DNA of 64,000 nucleotides. Origin: a candidate division WOR-3 bacterium UBA5631. Its GTDB lineage: Bacteria > Hydrothermota > Hydrothermia > UBA1063. The translations under genes and the position numbers were made by a program. Position 1 is the first letter of the stretch; each line of letters begins with the position of its first letter. The notes beneath the pieces are model-generated. The model saw only the letters and a list, made by a program, of their open reading frames with translations. It had not been told where the DNA came from and made no database searches. Below are positions 1 through 11,792 of the stretch, piece after piece. Where the stretch lies: the NCBI GenBank assembly GCA_002421425.1, contig DIJZ01000004.1, positions 4,563 to 68,562 on the forward strand, written 5' to 3'.

Positions 1-641
1 TCCAGCTCTGCTGGCGTGTAAAGTCTTATAGAATGATTTCTCTCTGCTATTTTTTCGCCCCCTTTGTATATATCCCTTTTTGTACTGATTCTCTGGGTTA
101 AGGGATCAAAATTCGTGGTTTCAAGACAAACAAGATCCCCTCCTAAGATAAAATTTCTGTACTGGAAATTCTTAAAAATTCGGAGGAAATTTAAGGTCTC
201 AAGTAGAAACAGTCCACCACGTTTCAACGCTCTTGAAACACCCTTCAATACTTCAAAATTATCTTCATCGGAAAAGTACCCAAAGGAGGTGAAGTAATTG
301 TATACCTTATCGAATTCTTCATGAAACTCAAGATGCCTCATATCACCTTTCAGGAACGTTACCCTAACTTTCTCTTCTCTGGCTCTGTTTCGGGCTATGC
401 TCAGTAGATAGTTAGAAAAATCAAGTCCACAGACATTATAGCCATTTTTCGCAAGACCAATAGCGTGCCTTCAATAGCCACAGGCAAGGTCCAGGATTCG
501 GTCTTCAGGTTTGAGCTCAAGAGACTTCTCAATAAAATTAATTTCCGCTTCCAGCTTTTCGGGTTTTAGATCAAATTCTCTGTAAAGTTCGTAGTAAATT
601 TCATCAAAATAACCATCCCACCAGTTCTCAATATCTATCAT
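1..641 (-). CDS. class I SAM-dependent methyltransferase (N-terminal part; C-terminus lies beyond window start); contains in-frame TGA at 471-473
   Basis: Minus-strand translation from ATG at 641: MIDIENWWDGYFDEIYYELYREFDLKPEKLEAEINFIEKSLELKPEDRILDLACGY*RHAIGLAKNGYNVCGLDFS... open to position 1. LDLACGYxR is methyltransferase motif I (GxGxG) with the TGA at the third Gly position. Not in the ORF track because there is no stop in the window. Confidence 0.55.
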
Positions 642-642
642 A

Positions 643-1029
643 TTACTCAGGTGTTCTCTTGCTCAGAACATCCAGAATTTCCTTCAAGAGTTTAGCCTCT
701 TCTGATAATTTTGGAGGAGGAGGGGGCGCTTGTTCTTCTTTCTTCTTCTTTATCTCTTGCAATTTTTGCATTGGAACTATTATTACGAAGTAAATTGCAG
801 CTGCGACAAATAGGAAATTGATAACTGCGTTAATGAACTTCCCAATAAGGATTGGACCCAGGGTTATTGCCGAAAAATCAGGCCTGCCTCCTATGGCACC
901 AATTAGAGGAGTTAACACATCCCCAACCAGAGAGTTTACTATCTGTCCGAAGGCACCACCAATTATGACCGCTACAGCCAGATCTATCACATTACCCCGC
1001 ATTATGAAATTCTTAAAACCCTTCCACAT
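643..1029 (-). CDS. mscL: large-conductance mechanosensitive channel MscL
   Basis: 128 aa; MRGNVIDLAVAVIIGGAFGQIV...LIGAIGG matches the MscL N-terminus and TM1; strong RBS AGGGAGGTG 5 nt upstream on minus strand. Confidence 0.93.
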   Translation of the reverse strand: MWKGFKNFIMRGNVIDLAVAVIIGGAFGQIVNSLVGDVLTPLIGAIGGRPDFSAITLGPILIGKFINAVINFLFVAAAIYFVIIVPMQKLQEIKKKKEEQAPPPPPKLSEEAKLLKEILDVLSKRTPE

Positions 1030-1132
1030 ACAACACCTCCCTTTAATACCAAAACCTTCAAATCTTAAAGTTCAACAATAGCGAAGTCAAAACACATTCT
1101 GCTCTTAATGTGAGCGATTGTTAATTCCGATT

Positions 1133-1627
1133 TCATTCTATTATTCTGAAAAAATCTCCAGCGGGTTTTCGAGGTGGGGGGTCAGGAATAACCTCAGGCC
1201 ATCCCAGAGGTGTTACGGTGGCGACGTAGTGATCATTAGGTATTCCAAGCTTTTCTTTGACTTCAGGTCTATCCATATCAGCAATCCAACACGTTCCAAG
1301 GCCCAGACTCCACGCAGCCAGCATAAAATGATACGCAGCAATGCACCCGTCCTGAATATACCTCCGGGATTTTCCAGGGTCTGCACAAATTGCTACAGCA
1401 CAGGGAGCGTTTCCTATAGGTTTTGCAGGTTCTCGTATTTCAGAGAGGAATCTTATCAGTTCTGGATTTTTAATCACTACAAAGTAGTAAGATTGTGAAT
1501 TCCTTGCAGTGGGAGCCCAGCGGCTGAGTTCAAAAAGTTCCTGCATTACCGTTTCAGGCACTGGGTCCCTCTTAAAACTCCTGATACTGCGCCTTTCAAC
1601 AAGTATTTTATAGCTGGATTTGTTCAT
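1133..1627 (-). CDS. nitroreductase family protein
   Basis: 164 aa; RRSIRSFKRDPVPE...WAPTARNSQ signature of the NADH/FMN nitroreductase fold. Confidence 0.82.
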   Translation of the reverse strand: MNKSSYKILVERRSIRSFKRDPVPETVMQELFELSRWAPTARNSQSYYFVVIKNPELIRFLSEIREPAKPIGNAPCAVAICADPGKSRRYIQDGCIAAYHFMLAAWSLGLGTCWIADMDRPEVKEKLGIPNDHYVATVTPLGWPEVIPDPPPRKPAGDFFRIIE

Positions 1628-1707
1628 TTAGATATTATAAACCAACCTTCGCCTGTAAAGGAAAGCAGTGGGCTTAAATTTCGCAGGGACATCGTTGCCG
1701 AAATACT

Positions 1708-1736
1708 TTGAACTTACGAGCAAACCGTATTAAAAT
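1708..1736 (+). promoter_or_regulatory. candidate sigma70-type promoter for serS operon (-35 TTGAAC, 17 nt spacer, -10 TAAAAT)
   Basis: read directly: ttgaac-N17-taaaat, 27 nt upstream of serS TTG start; RBS GGAGGG at 1751-1756. Confidence 0.35.
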
Positions 1737-1750
1737 TTACTCTACATTGA

Positions 1751-3598
<1,848 letters not shown>

Positions 3599-3602
<4 letters not shown>

Positions 3603-6202
3603 AATGGAGTGCCAACAAGGTAAGAGAAGTATTTCTAAGTTACTTCAGGGATAGAGCGCACACCATTGTCCCGAGTTCTTCACTTCTTCCCAAAAACGAC
3701 CCAACGTTACTCTTTACCAATGCAGGAATGAACCAGTTTAAGCTCTTTTTCCTTGGAATCGTTAAACCACCTTTCCCCAGAGCAGCGTCGAGCCAGAAAT
3801 GTCTGAGAGCCGGTGGAAAGCACAATGACCTTGATAATGTGGGATTTACCAAGAGACACCACACTTTCTTTGAAATGCTGGGGAATTTCTCCTTCAACGA
3901 TTATTTCAAAGAGGATGCAATAAGATACGCATGGGAACTACTTACAGAGGTTTATGGTCTCGAAAAAGAAAAGATGTGGATTACCGTTTACAGAGAAGAT
4001 GAAGAAGCCTATAACATCTGGAAGGAAGTAATTGGAATACCTGCGCAGCGCATCGTTAAACTAAGTGAGAAGGATAACTTCTGGGAGATGGGAGAAGTTG
4101 GGCCCGCTGGACCCTGCTCCGAGATTCTTTACGACCTTGGTGAAAAGGAAGACCCAAATCAGAAAGACCCTTCCGTAGACGGTGAGAGGTTCCTCGAAGT
4201 ATGGAACCTGGTTTTTATGCAGTACAACAGAAATGAAAATGGTATCCTCGAACCTCTTGGAACCAGAAACATTGACACCGGGATGGGCCTTGAGCGGCTC
4301 CTGAGGGTTCTTAACGGGACTGATTCAAATTTCCATACAGACCTGTTTATGCCAATCATAGAGGAAGTCCAAAGGATCACAGGAATGAAATACTTCTCCG
4401 ACGAAAGAGGAAGCGCTCACAGAGTCCTTGCAGATCACACCCGCGCGCTTACTTTCGCCATTGCTGATGGAATTTACCCATCAAACTATGGAAGAGGCTA
4501 TGTTCTGAGAAGAATCCTGAGAAGAGCCCACCGCTTTGCGCAGAAAATCGGGTATGGTGAAACACCTATTATTTACAGGCTTGCGCCGGTGGTTGTATCA
4601 ATTATGAAAGATGCCTATCCTGAACTTGCCGATCGAAAAGCAGAAGTGGAATTCATCATAAAGAGGGAAGAAGAGCGTTTTATGGAAAATATTGCAAAAA
4701 CCCTACCAAAACTCGAGGAAGAGATAGAAAAATTTGCTGATAAAGGAATTCTAAGCGGAGAAACCGTTTTCAAGTTTTATGATACCTATGGGCTTCCTAT
4801 TGATCTCATCGAAGAGTATGCAAAGGAGAAGGGACTTGAGATTCAATGGAAATCCTTTGAAACCGAGATGGAGAAACAGAAAGAAAGGGCACGGAAAACC
4901 GAGGTATACAGAGTCGAACTACCCGAAGACTGGAACACATTCAGAGAGGGTAAAGTTTCTTTTGTAGGATATGAAAAACTTGAAACCCTTTCCAAAATAT
5001 TGAAGTACGGAGTGAAAGGGAATAGGATTTTTCTGGTTACCGAGGAGACGCCTTTTTATGCGGAAAGCGGTGGCCAGGTTGGGGACAAAGGTACCATAGA
5101 AGGAGAGGGCCCCAGAGGTCATTTTTTAATAGAAGTCGTAGACACTCAGAAGGTGGAAAACCAGATTATCCACATCGGACACCTCAGGGAAGGTGAAATT
5201 CAGGATGTAGAGGTGAGGTTAAGTGTCAATGACACCCTTCGCAGGGCAACCCAAAGAGCCCACACGGCTACCCACCTTCTGCATGCGGCCCTGAGGGAAG
5301 TACTGGGAGAACACGTGAGGCAGGAAGGTTCTCTGGTAGAGCCCGACCGGCTCCGGTTTGATTTCCTGCACTTTTCAAAACTGAAGAATGTCGAAATTGA
5401 AGAAATTGAGAGAATAGTAAACAAACGAATAATCGACAACATACCTTTGAAAATAAGATATCTCACTTACGAAGAAGCCGTCAAAGAAGGAGCCACGGCA
5501 CTCTTTGAAGGCAAATACGGAGAAATAGTGAGAGTAATCTACATAGAGGATGTGTCAAGGGAGCTGTGCGGTGGAACTCACGTTGAAAGGACAGGAGACA
5601 TTGGCCTCGTAAAAATCATCAAAGAAGAAGCTTCCAGTGCCAACGTGAGAAGAATTGAGGCTTTCACCGGAATGAAAGCTCTTGAATATGTGCATAACCG
5701 TGAAAACATTATTACAGAAGTTTCGGATATTCTCTCCACGGTTCCAGAAAGGCTTCCTGAACGAATCCAAAAGTATATTGAACAGCTTAGGGCTCTCGAA
5801 GAGAAAGCAAATATTAATGTTAACCGATGGGCAGAAATTCGCGCACGAGAACTAATGTCCACAACCCTGGATGTAAAGGGAGAAAGGATTTTCATGGATT
5901 ATGTTAAGAATTCTTCAATAGATGATTTGAGAGTGCTCGCCGATAAATTAAGGCAATCCAATGACCATGGAGTAATAATCCTTTTGGGCAGTAAAGAAAA
6001 CAATGTCTCTTTTCTTGTAGAGGTTCTTGAAGAAAATGAAAAATTTGATGCATCAAGAATGGTAAGAATCATTGGTAAATATTTAAAAGGCGGAGGAGGA
6101 GGAACGAAAAGGAAGGCAGAAGGAGGTGGGAAAGATCCTTCGAGAATTGGAGAAGTATTGGATATCATCAAGAATGGCAAAATATTCGGTGAGGAGGCAT
6201 AG
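3599..6202 (+). CDS. alaS: alanine--tRNA ligase
   Basis: 867 aa; N-terminus KNDPTLLFTNAGMNQFK, editing domain HTATHLLHAAL, C-terminal Gly-rich DHHA1 region. Confidence 0.97.
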
Positions 6203-6204
6203 AA

Positions 6205-7386
6205 ATGGATATATTTAAGAAATGTTACGAATACGAAGAGGTAGAAAAAGCAAAACTGCTCGGCTATTATCCATATTTCCACCCTGTATCATCAGCAGAA
6301 GATACAGAAGTAGTTGTTGATGGGAAGACCCTTGTAATGCTGGGGTCCAATAATTACCTTGGTCTTACTACCCATCCTTACGTTAAGAAAAAAGCGCAGG
6401 AGGCAATTGAAAAATACGGGACGGGAAGTTGCGGCTCGCGGTTTCTAAATGGAACTCTTGACATCCATGAGGAACTTGAAGCGGAACTGGCAAAGTTCGT
6501 CGGGAAAGAGAAGGCCCTGGTTTTCAGCACAGGCTACCAAACAAATCTTGGAATTATGTCTGCACTTCTCGGCAGGCATGATGTGGTGGTTCTCGATAAA
6601 TGGGATCATGCAAGTATCGTAGATGGCACGCGACTGGGGCAATCTCACGTACTCAGATATAAACATAACGATATGGACCACCTGGAACGGACTTTGAAAG
6701 CAATTCCTGAAGACCGCGGAGTGCTTATCGTTGTGGACGGGGTCTTCAGCATGGAAGGAGACATCGCAGCTCTTCCCCAAATTGTTCAGCTTAAGGAAAA
6801 ATATGGAGCAAGACTGATGGTGGACGACGCACATTCCGTTGGAATTCTCGGAAAGACCGGGGCTGGTACTGCAGAACATTTTGGTCTTACCGAAAAAGTA
6901 GATTTAATAATGTCCACCTTCAGCAAATCCTTTGCTTCTATTGGTGGGTTTGTTGCCGGTGACGAAAAAGTAGTGGAATATATTAAACATTTCGCGCGCC
7001 CGATGATATTCAGTGCAGCACTGGCGCCAGGACAGGTGGCAGCAGCAAGGGCCGCACTGGAGATATTGAAAAATGACAAAGAAAGAAGAGAAAACCTCTG
7101 GAGAAATACAAAATTCTGGCAGGATGGATTGAAAAGTCTTGGGTTTGATATTGGAGAAACTCAAACTCCCATCGTCCCTGTGGTAATCGGAGACGATATG
7201 AAAACCTTCTATTTCTGGAAAAAGCTAATGGAGTATGGGACATATACAAACCCTGTGATTACTCCTGCTGTACCTCCTGGAAGACAGCTTATTAGAACAA
7301 GTATTATGGCTACCCATACCATAGAGCAACTGGAGCGCGCCCTTGATTGTTTCAAAAAAGCTGGAAAGGAACTGGGAATAATATAA
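6205..7386 (+). CDS. PLP-dependent alpha-oxoamine synthase family protein (serine palmitoyltransferase / 2-amino-3-ketobutyrate CoA ligase-like)
   Basis: 393 aa; NYLGL...GSCGSRFLNGT...DDAHSVG...STFSKSFASIGGFVAG (Lys in T-F-S-K-S resembles the SPT/KBL/BioF PLP-lysine loop); RBS GAGGAGG. Confidence 0.85.
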   Translation: MDIFKKCYEYEEVEKAKLLGYYPYFHPVSSAEDTEVVVDGKTLVMLGSNNYLGLTTHPYVKKKAQEAIEKYGTGSCGSRFLNGTLDIHEELEAELAKFVGKEKALVFSTGYQTNLGIMSALLGRHDVVVLDKWDHASIVDGTRLGQSHVLRYKHNDMDHLERTLKAIPEDRGVLIVVDGVFSMEGDIAALPQIVQLKEKYGARLMVDDAHSVGILGKTGAGTAEHFGLTEKVDLIMSTFSKSFASIGGFVAGDEKVVEYIKHFARPMIFSAALAPGQVAAARAALEILKNDKERRENLWRNTKFWQDGLKSLGFDIGETQTPIVPVVIGDDMKTFYFWKKLMEYGTYTNPVITPAVPPGRQLIRTSIMATHTIEQLERALDCFKKAGKELGII

Positions 7387-7392
7387 GTCAAG

Positions 7393-8511
7393 ATGAAACA
7401 AATCACTCTGGTGGTGGGCGCGAGGCCTAATTTCGTAAAAGCAGGTCCACTCTACAACGAACTGAAGAAGGAACCTGATTTTAAAGTGGAGATTGTTCAT
7501 ACAGGACAGCACTACGATATAAATATGTCGGATATTTTCTTCAAACAGCTTGACCTTCCTACCCCTGATATTAATTTGAACGTAGGGTCAGGACCTCACG
7601 GGAAGCAGACGGGAGAAATGCTTGCCAGGCTTGAAGAGCTCTTTATGAAAAGAAAGCCTGACCTGGTGATTGTATTCGGAGATACCAATTCTACCCTCGC
7701 CGGTGCCCTTGCCGCTGCGAAACTGGGAATCAGGGTTGGGCATGTGGAAGCCGGAGTAAGAAGTTATGATATGTCTATGCCCGAGGAAATAAACAGAATA
7801 CTTGTGGATCGAATTTCTGACCTTCTTTTTATTCCTGACGAATTCGCCAGACTCAATCTGAGCGAAGAGGGCGTTTCCACATCCAGAATGTTCGTAGTGG
7901 GCAATATCTTAATGGACACAATTACCCAGCATATGAGCAAAATCTCTGCTATGGAAAAGGAACTGTTAAATCAGTTTAGTCTGAAATCAGGCGAGTATGC
8001 GGTCATAACTGTCCATCGAGCAGGAAACGTTGATGATATCGAGAAACTGAAAAACATTATAAAAATAATGGAAGAAGTCTCCAGAAGAATGGTCCTGGTA
8101 TTCCCCGTTCATCCTCGCACAAGGAGTAGATTAAACGAACTTGGTTTCAATCCACCAGAAAATTTGAAGTTTGTTGACCCTCTTGGATACCTTGAGTTCA
8201 TTGCCCTCCTAAAAAATTCCGCCCTGGTATTAACGGACTCGGGCGGGGTCCAGAAAGAATCGAGTTTTCTTTGTGTCCCATGCCTCACCTTGAGAGAGAA
8301 TACGGAATGGGTAATAACTCTCAACAAAGGAACCAATGTTCTCGTCGGATACAATCTACAGAAAATCGACGAAGAAATCACAAAGATTCTCGAAATGAGG
8401 AGAGTATACGGATCATATGTCGCAGGAAGCAGAATCAAACTCTGGGATGGCAGGACTTCGGAGAGGATTGTGGCTGTGATTAAAGAAACTTTTGAAGGAG
8501 ATATAATATAA
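7393..8511 (+). CDS. wecB: UDP-N-acetylglucosamine 2-epimerase (non-hydrolysing)
   Basis: 372 aa; VVGARPNFVKAGPL...HTGQHYD...VFGDTNSTLAGALAAAKL...HVEAGVRS canonical WecB/MnaA motifs. Confidence 0.9.
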   Translation: MKQITLVVGARPNFVKAGPLYNELKKEPDFKVEIVHTGQHYDINMSDIFFKQLDLPTPDINLNVGSGPHGKQTGEMLARLEELFMKRKPDLVIVFGDTNSTLAGALAAAKLGIRVGHVEAGVRSYDMSMPEEINRILVDRISDLLFIPDEFARLNLSEEGVSTSRMFVVGNILMDTITQHMSKISAMEKELLNQFSLKSGEYAVITVHRAGNVDDIEKLKNIIKIMEEVSRRMVLVFPVHPRTRSRLNELGFNPPENLKFVDPLGYLEFIALLKNSALVLTDSGGVQKESSFLCVPCLTLRENTEWVITLNKGTNVLVGYNLQKIDEEITKILEMRRVYGSYVAGSRIKLWDGRTSERIVAVIKETFEGDII

Positions 8512-10016
8512 AATTCAAATCCGTTCTACAGTTTTCTCTTGCTACTTTTATTTCGCGAATTTTGGGGTTTGTGCGCGATGCTGGCATAGCTTTCCTCGTT
8601 GGTGCTGGGAGATATGCTGATATTTTCAATATCGCATTCAGAATACCCAATTTCCTCAGAGATATGCTTGCAGAGAACGCAATGCAAACTGCCTTCGTAC
8701 CAAATTTTGTTAAAGCACAGGAAAAGAATGAAGATCCCCTTCGTTTTCTAAACGTAATCTTCACTATTTTTCTTACAGCATCGGTAATACTGGCCCTGCT
8801 GGGCATTCTGTTATCAAAAGAAATTGTTCTCGTGACTGCCTACGGGTTCCGTAGTATTCCAGAAAAATTTATCAAAACCGTTGAAGTTACAAGGATTACA
8901 TTTCCTTATCTGGTGCTTGTTTCTATGGCGGCTCTTTTCCAGGCTGTTTTGAATTCAAGGAAGGAATTTTTCCAGCCTGCACTCTCCCCTGCCCTCTTTG
9001 ACCTTGGAATCATAATCCTTATAATTGTCTCCTACTTTTTCCTTCCAAAGGAAAGCTACGTTATCGTCCTTGGATACTCCGTAATTTTTGGCGGGTTTCT
9101 TCAACTTCTATATCTCTTTCAGCGCCTGAAAGCACATAATCTCCACCCTGAGATCACTACAACCATAAAACATCCATACCTAAAGGATTTCGGAAAACTT
9201 CTAATACCCGTTTTCATATCAGTGGGGTTCTCCAAGATAACTCCTTTCGTAAATACACTTATTGCCACATTCTTAAGAGAAGGCTCCGTGTCGTATCTAA
9301 CATATGCATACAGAATTATGCAGGTTCCTGTTGGTCTTTTCGCTGTTGGCCTTCAGACAGTATCTATGCCTTCATTTTCGCAGATTGCCGCGAGAAATCA
9401 GGAAATCAGGGACGCCCTCTGGAAATCAGTCTTCTATGCAGTTTTTCTTACTTTACCCTCTTCAATATTTATAATGTTCTACTCCGAAGAAATCGTCACA
9501 GTCCTTTTTCAGAGGGGTGCATTTTCAGCGATGGATTCCATTAACACAGCCCAGGCGCTTGTACTCTACACTCCACATGTGGTTGCTATTGGGCTTTCAA
9601 AAGTGCTGTTGAATTACTATTTCTCAAGAGGAGAAATTAAAATTCCGAATTACAGCGTACTGATGGGCAGCTTAGTAAACCTGACAATTGCTCTTACCCT
9701 TCCAAGAATCCTTGACTTTCCTTCTCTGGCTTTAGCTGTTTCAGGTGGCACACTGATCCAGACACTATTTCTGACTTTTATGGTCTCAAAAGAAAACCCT
9801 ATCTTACCACCTTATTTGGGAAAAATATTGAAAGTGATGGTATCCAGCGTAATCTCCGTCATACCACTATTGTTTATTAGAATAGGAAATAATCTGTTAC
9901 GGGTGTCTCTGGGATTCCTCGTTTATGTTACTGCTTTCTTGACCCTTGCGTGGCTGCTAAACTTCTTTCCTGAACTCAGAGCCATACCAGATGAAAAGAC
10001 CGCAGAAAAATTTTAG
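8508..10016 (+). CDS. murJ: lipid II flippase MurJ (MviN); probable non-AUG start (ATA 8508) overlapping wecB stop; first canonical start TTG at 8562
   Basis: Frame open from 8496. Codons 8508-8561 encode KFKSVLQFSLATFISRI, directly preceding LGFVRD; together they reproduce the conserved MurJ N-terminus (compare E. coli FSRVLGFARD). AAGGAG SD at 8495-8500 sits 7 nt before ATA. No ATG/GTG/TTG between the stop at 8493 and 8562. Confidence 0.8.
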   Translation: MKFKSVLQFSLATFISRILGFVRDAGIAFLVGAGRYADIFNIAFRIPNFLRDMLAENAMQTAFVPNFVKAQEKNEDPLRFLNVIFTIFLTASVILALLGILLSKEIVLVTAYGFRSIPEKFIKTVEVTRITFPYLVLVSMAALFQAVLNSRKEFFQPALSPALFDLGIIILIIVSYFFLPKESYVIVLGYSVIFGGFLQLLYLFQRLKAHNLHPEITTTIKHPYLKDFGKLLIPVFISVGFSKITPFVNTLIATFLREGSVSYLTYAYRIMQVPVGLFAVGLQTVSMPSFSQIAARNQEIRDALWKSVFYAVFLTLPSSIFIMFYSEEIVTVLFQRGAFSAMDSINTAQALVLYTPHVVAIGLSKVLLNYYFSRGEIKIPNYSVLMGSLVNLTIALTLPRILDFPSLALAVSGGTLIQTLFLTFMVSKENPILPPYLGKILKVMVSSVISVIPLLFIRIGNNLLRVSLGFLVYVTAFLTLAWLLNFFPELRAIPDEKTAEKF

Positions 10017-10028
10017 AATTATTCTATT

Positions 10029-11789
10029 ATGATTCTAACGCAGTTACGAGGAAAAGAGTTTCGGAAGGCGCTTCTTGCAGGTATCGTAAAAGTTCAGGAC
10101 CTCAAGGATGAACTGAATAGAATCAACGTTTTTCCTGTCCCAGACGGGGACACCGGAACCAATTTGGCAGAGACTCTAAGTGGCGGAATTAACATTCTCA
10201 CGGAATCTTCAAGTTTGAAGCTATGCGAAATAATCAGGAGATTCTCAGAAGCTATTCTTTTTACTGCAAAAGGAAACTCGGGTACTATTATCTCCCAATT
10301 TTTCACGGGACTTCAAGAAGCGCTTAGAGGGAAGGATGCTGTTACCACGAAGGAATTTGCAGAAGGTCTCCTGCATGCATCCAGGACAGTATACGAATCA
10401 CTTGAAAACCCTGTGGAGGGAACTATAATCACTGTAATACGCGATACTGCAGAGTTTGCTACCACACTCGCACTTTCGGAGCGTGATTTTGTTGCATTTT
10501 TTAAAAAGCTTCTGGTGGAAGCTAAAGCATCTCTCCAGCGCACACCTCAGCTTTTGCCAAAGCTTAAGGAGAAAAATGTCGTTGATGCTGGTGCCTACGG
10601 CTTCGTGTTGCTTCTTCAGGGCATCGTTGAATTCATTAACACTGGAAGGATAGAACTAACGAAGACGCTACCAAAAGAAACGGAAAAAATCATAGACCAG
10701 GAAAATATAGAACACAGATACTGTGCTGAAGCCGTTGTAAAAGCTGAGGGACTTGATAAAAAGAAACTCGCTGTAATCCTCGGAGCACTTGGAAGTTCGC
10801 TTCTCATAGCAGGAGCAGGTGGCCTGTTCAAGATCCACATTCATACAAACTGGCCCCAGAAAGTATTTGAAACTCTGAAGCAAAAGGGGACAATCCTGAA
10901 GCACAAAATCGACGATATGATAGAGATGAATCTGCGTTCTATGAAAAAGAAGTTCGGTGTTATTGTCGATTCCACTGCCGACATCCCTCTTGACCTGGCA
11001 CAGGAGTTCGGGATTAATATAATTCCTCTTCAGCTTATAATGGACGGAAAGACATACCTTGAAGGAATCGATGTCGATAAAAAGGTGGTTCTTAAACACC
11101 TGATAGAGGGAAAAGTCCAGCTCTCAACGTCCCAGCCGGATCCAATATCCATTGAGAGAACGATAAAAGAGGCGCTGAGCAAGAACGAGGAAGTGCTGAT
11201 TATTACGCTGAGTTCTCAGCTTTCTGGTACGTTTAATGCGGTCAGGCTCGTTGCATCAAAGTTTCCAAGAGTACATCTTCTGGACGGGAAACTGGCATCT
11301 CTGGGAACTACACTTCTGGCACTGAGGGCCCTTGAAAAATTCAGGGAAGGCTACGATGTCCTTTCCCTTCTTGACTACCTGAAAAACTTACAGAAGAAAT
11401 CTGTGTTTATCTTCACCCTTGCGACTGTAAAGTATTTGATGCGTTCGGGGAGAATTTCCAATCTGAAGGGCGGAATAGCTGAAGCCCTTGGAATTAAACC
11501 GATACTTATTCTGACACCCGAAGGCAAGCTTGAAAATATAGCCCAGGCCTTAGGAAAAGAAAAATCTTACAAGAAATTGACATCGATATTAAAGAAAAAA
11601 TTGAATCCTTTCTGGTCCTACGATTTTGGAATCGCTTATGTCGGTGAATCTCCTTACATAGAGCGGCTGGAGGTTTTTATAAGACAAAACTTCTCAGTGA
11701 GGCACGTTATCAAAAATGAAGCAGGTCCGCTTCTTTCCCTTCACACCGGTCCAGGAGCTTATGGAGTGGTGGCTCTGCCAGTGTTTTAG
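10029..11789 (+). CDS. DAK2 domain fusion protein YloV / fatty acid kinase FakA-like (N-terminal DhaL/Dak2, C-terminal DegV-like domain)
   Basis: 586 aa; N-terminal PVPDGDTGTN (DhaL ATP-binding); C-terminal half begins VIVDSTADIPLDLAQEFGI...PLQL typical DegV N-terminus. Confidence 0.82.
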   Translation: MILTQLRGKEFRKALLAGIVKVQDLKDELNRINVFPVPDGDTGTNLAETLSGGINILTESSSLKLCEIIRRFSEAILFTAKGNSGTIISQFFTGLQEALRGKDAVTTKEFAEGLLHASRTVYESLENPVEGTIITVIRDTAEFATTLALSERDFVAFFKKLLVEAKASLQRTPQLLPKLKEKNVVDAGAYGFVLLLQGIVEFINTGRIELTKTLPKETEKIIDQENIEHRYCAEAVVKAEGLDKKKLAVILGALGSSLLIAGAGGLFKIHIHTNWPQKVFETLKQKGTILKHKIDDMIEMNLRSMKKKFGVIVDSTADIPLDLAQEFGINIIPLQLIMDGKTYLEGIDVDKKVVLKHLIEGKVQLSTSQPDPISIERTIKEALSKNEEVLIITLSSQLSGTFNAVRLVASKFPRVHLLDGKLASLGTTLLALRALEKFREGYDVLSLLDYLKNLQKKSVFIFTLATVKYLMRSGRISNLKGGIAEALGIKPILILTPEGKLENIAQALGKEKSYKKLTSILKKKLNPFWSYDFGIAYVGESPYIERLEVFIRQNFSVRHVIKNEAGPLLSLHTGPGAYGVVALPVF

Positions 11790-11792
11790 AAA

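Noticed and set aside
64-297. 77-aa plus-strand ORF
   Set aside because: Antisense shadow of the minus-strand methyltransferase reading frame.
1-641. Possibility that TGA encodes glycine genome-wide (SR1/Gracilibacteria-type code)
   Set aside because: Many flanking genes terminate at TGA with ATGA start/stop overlaps (aldolase/alaS, ogg/fur, GH/CDP-OH transferase/HAD), so TGA is a functional stop here.
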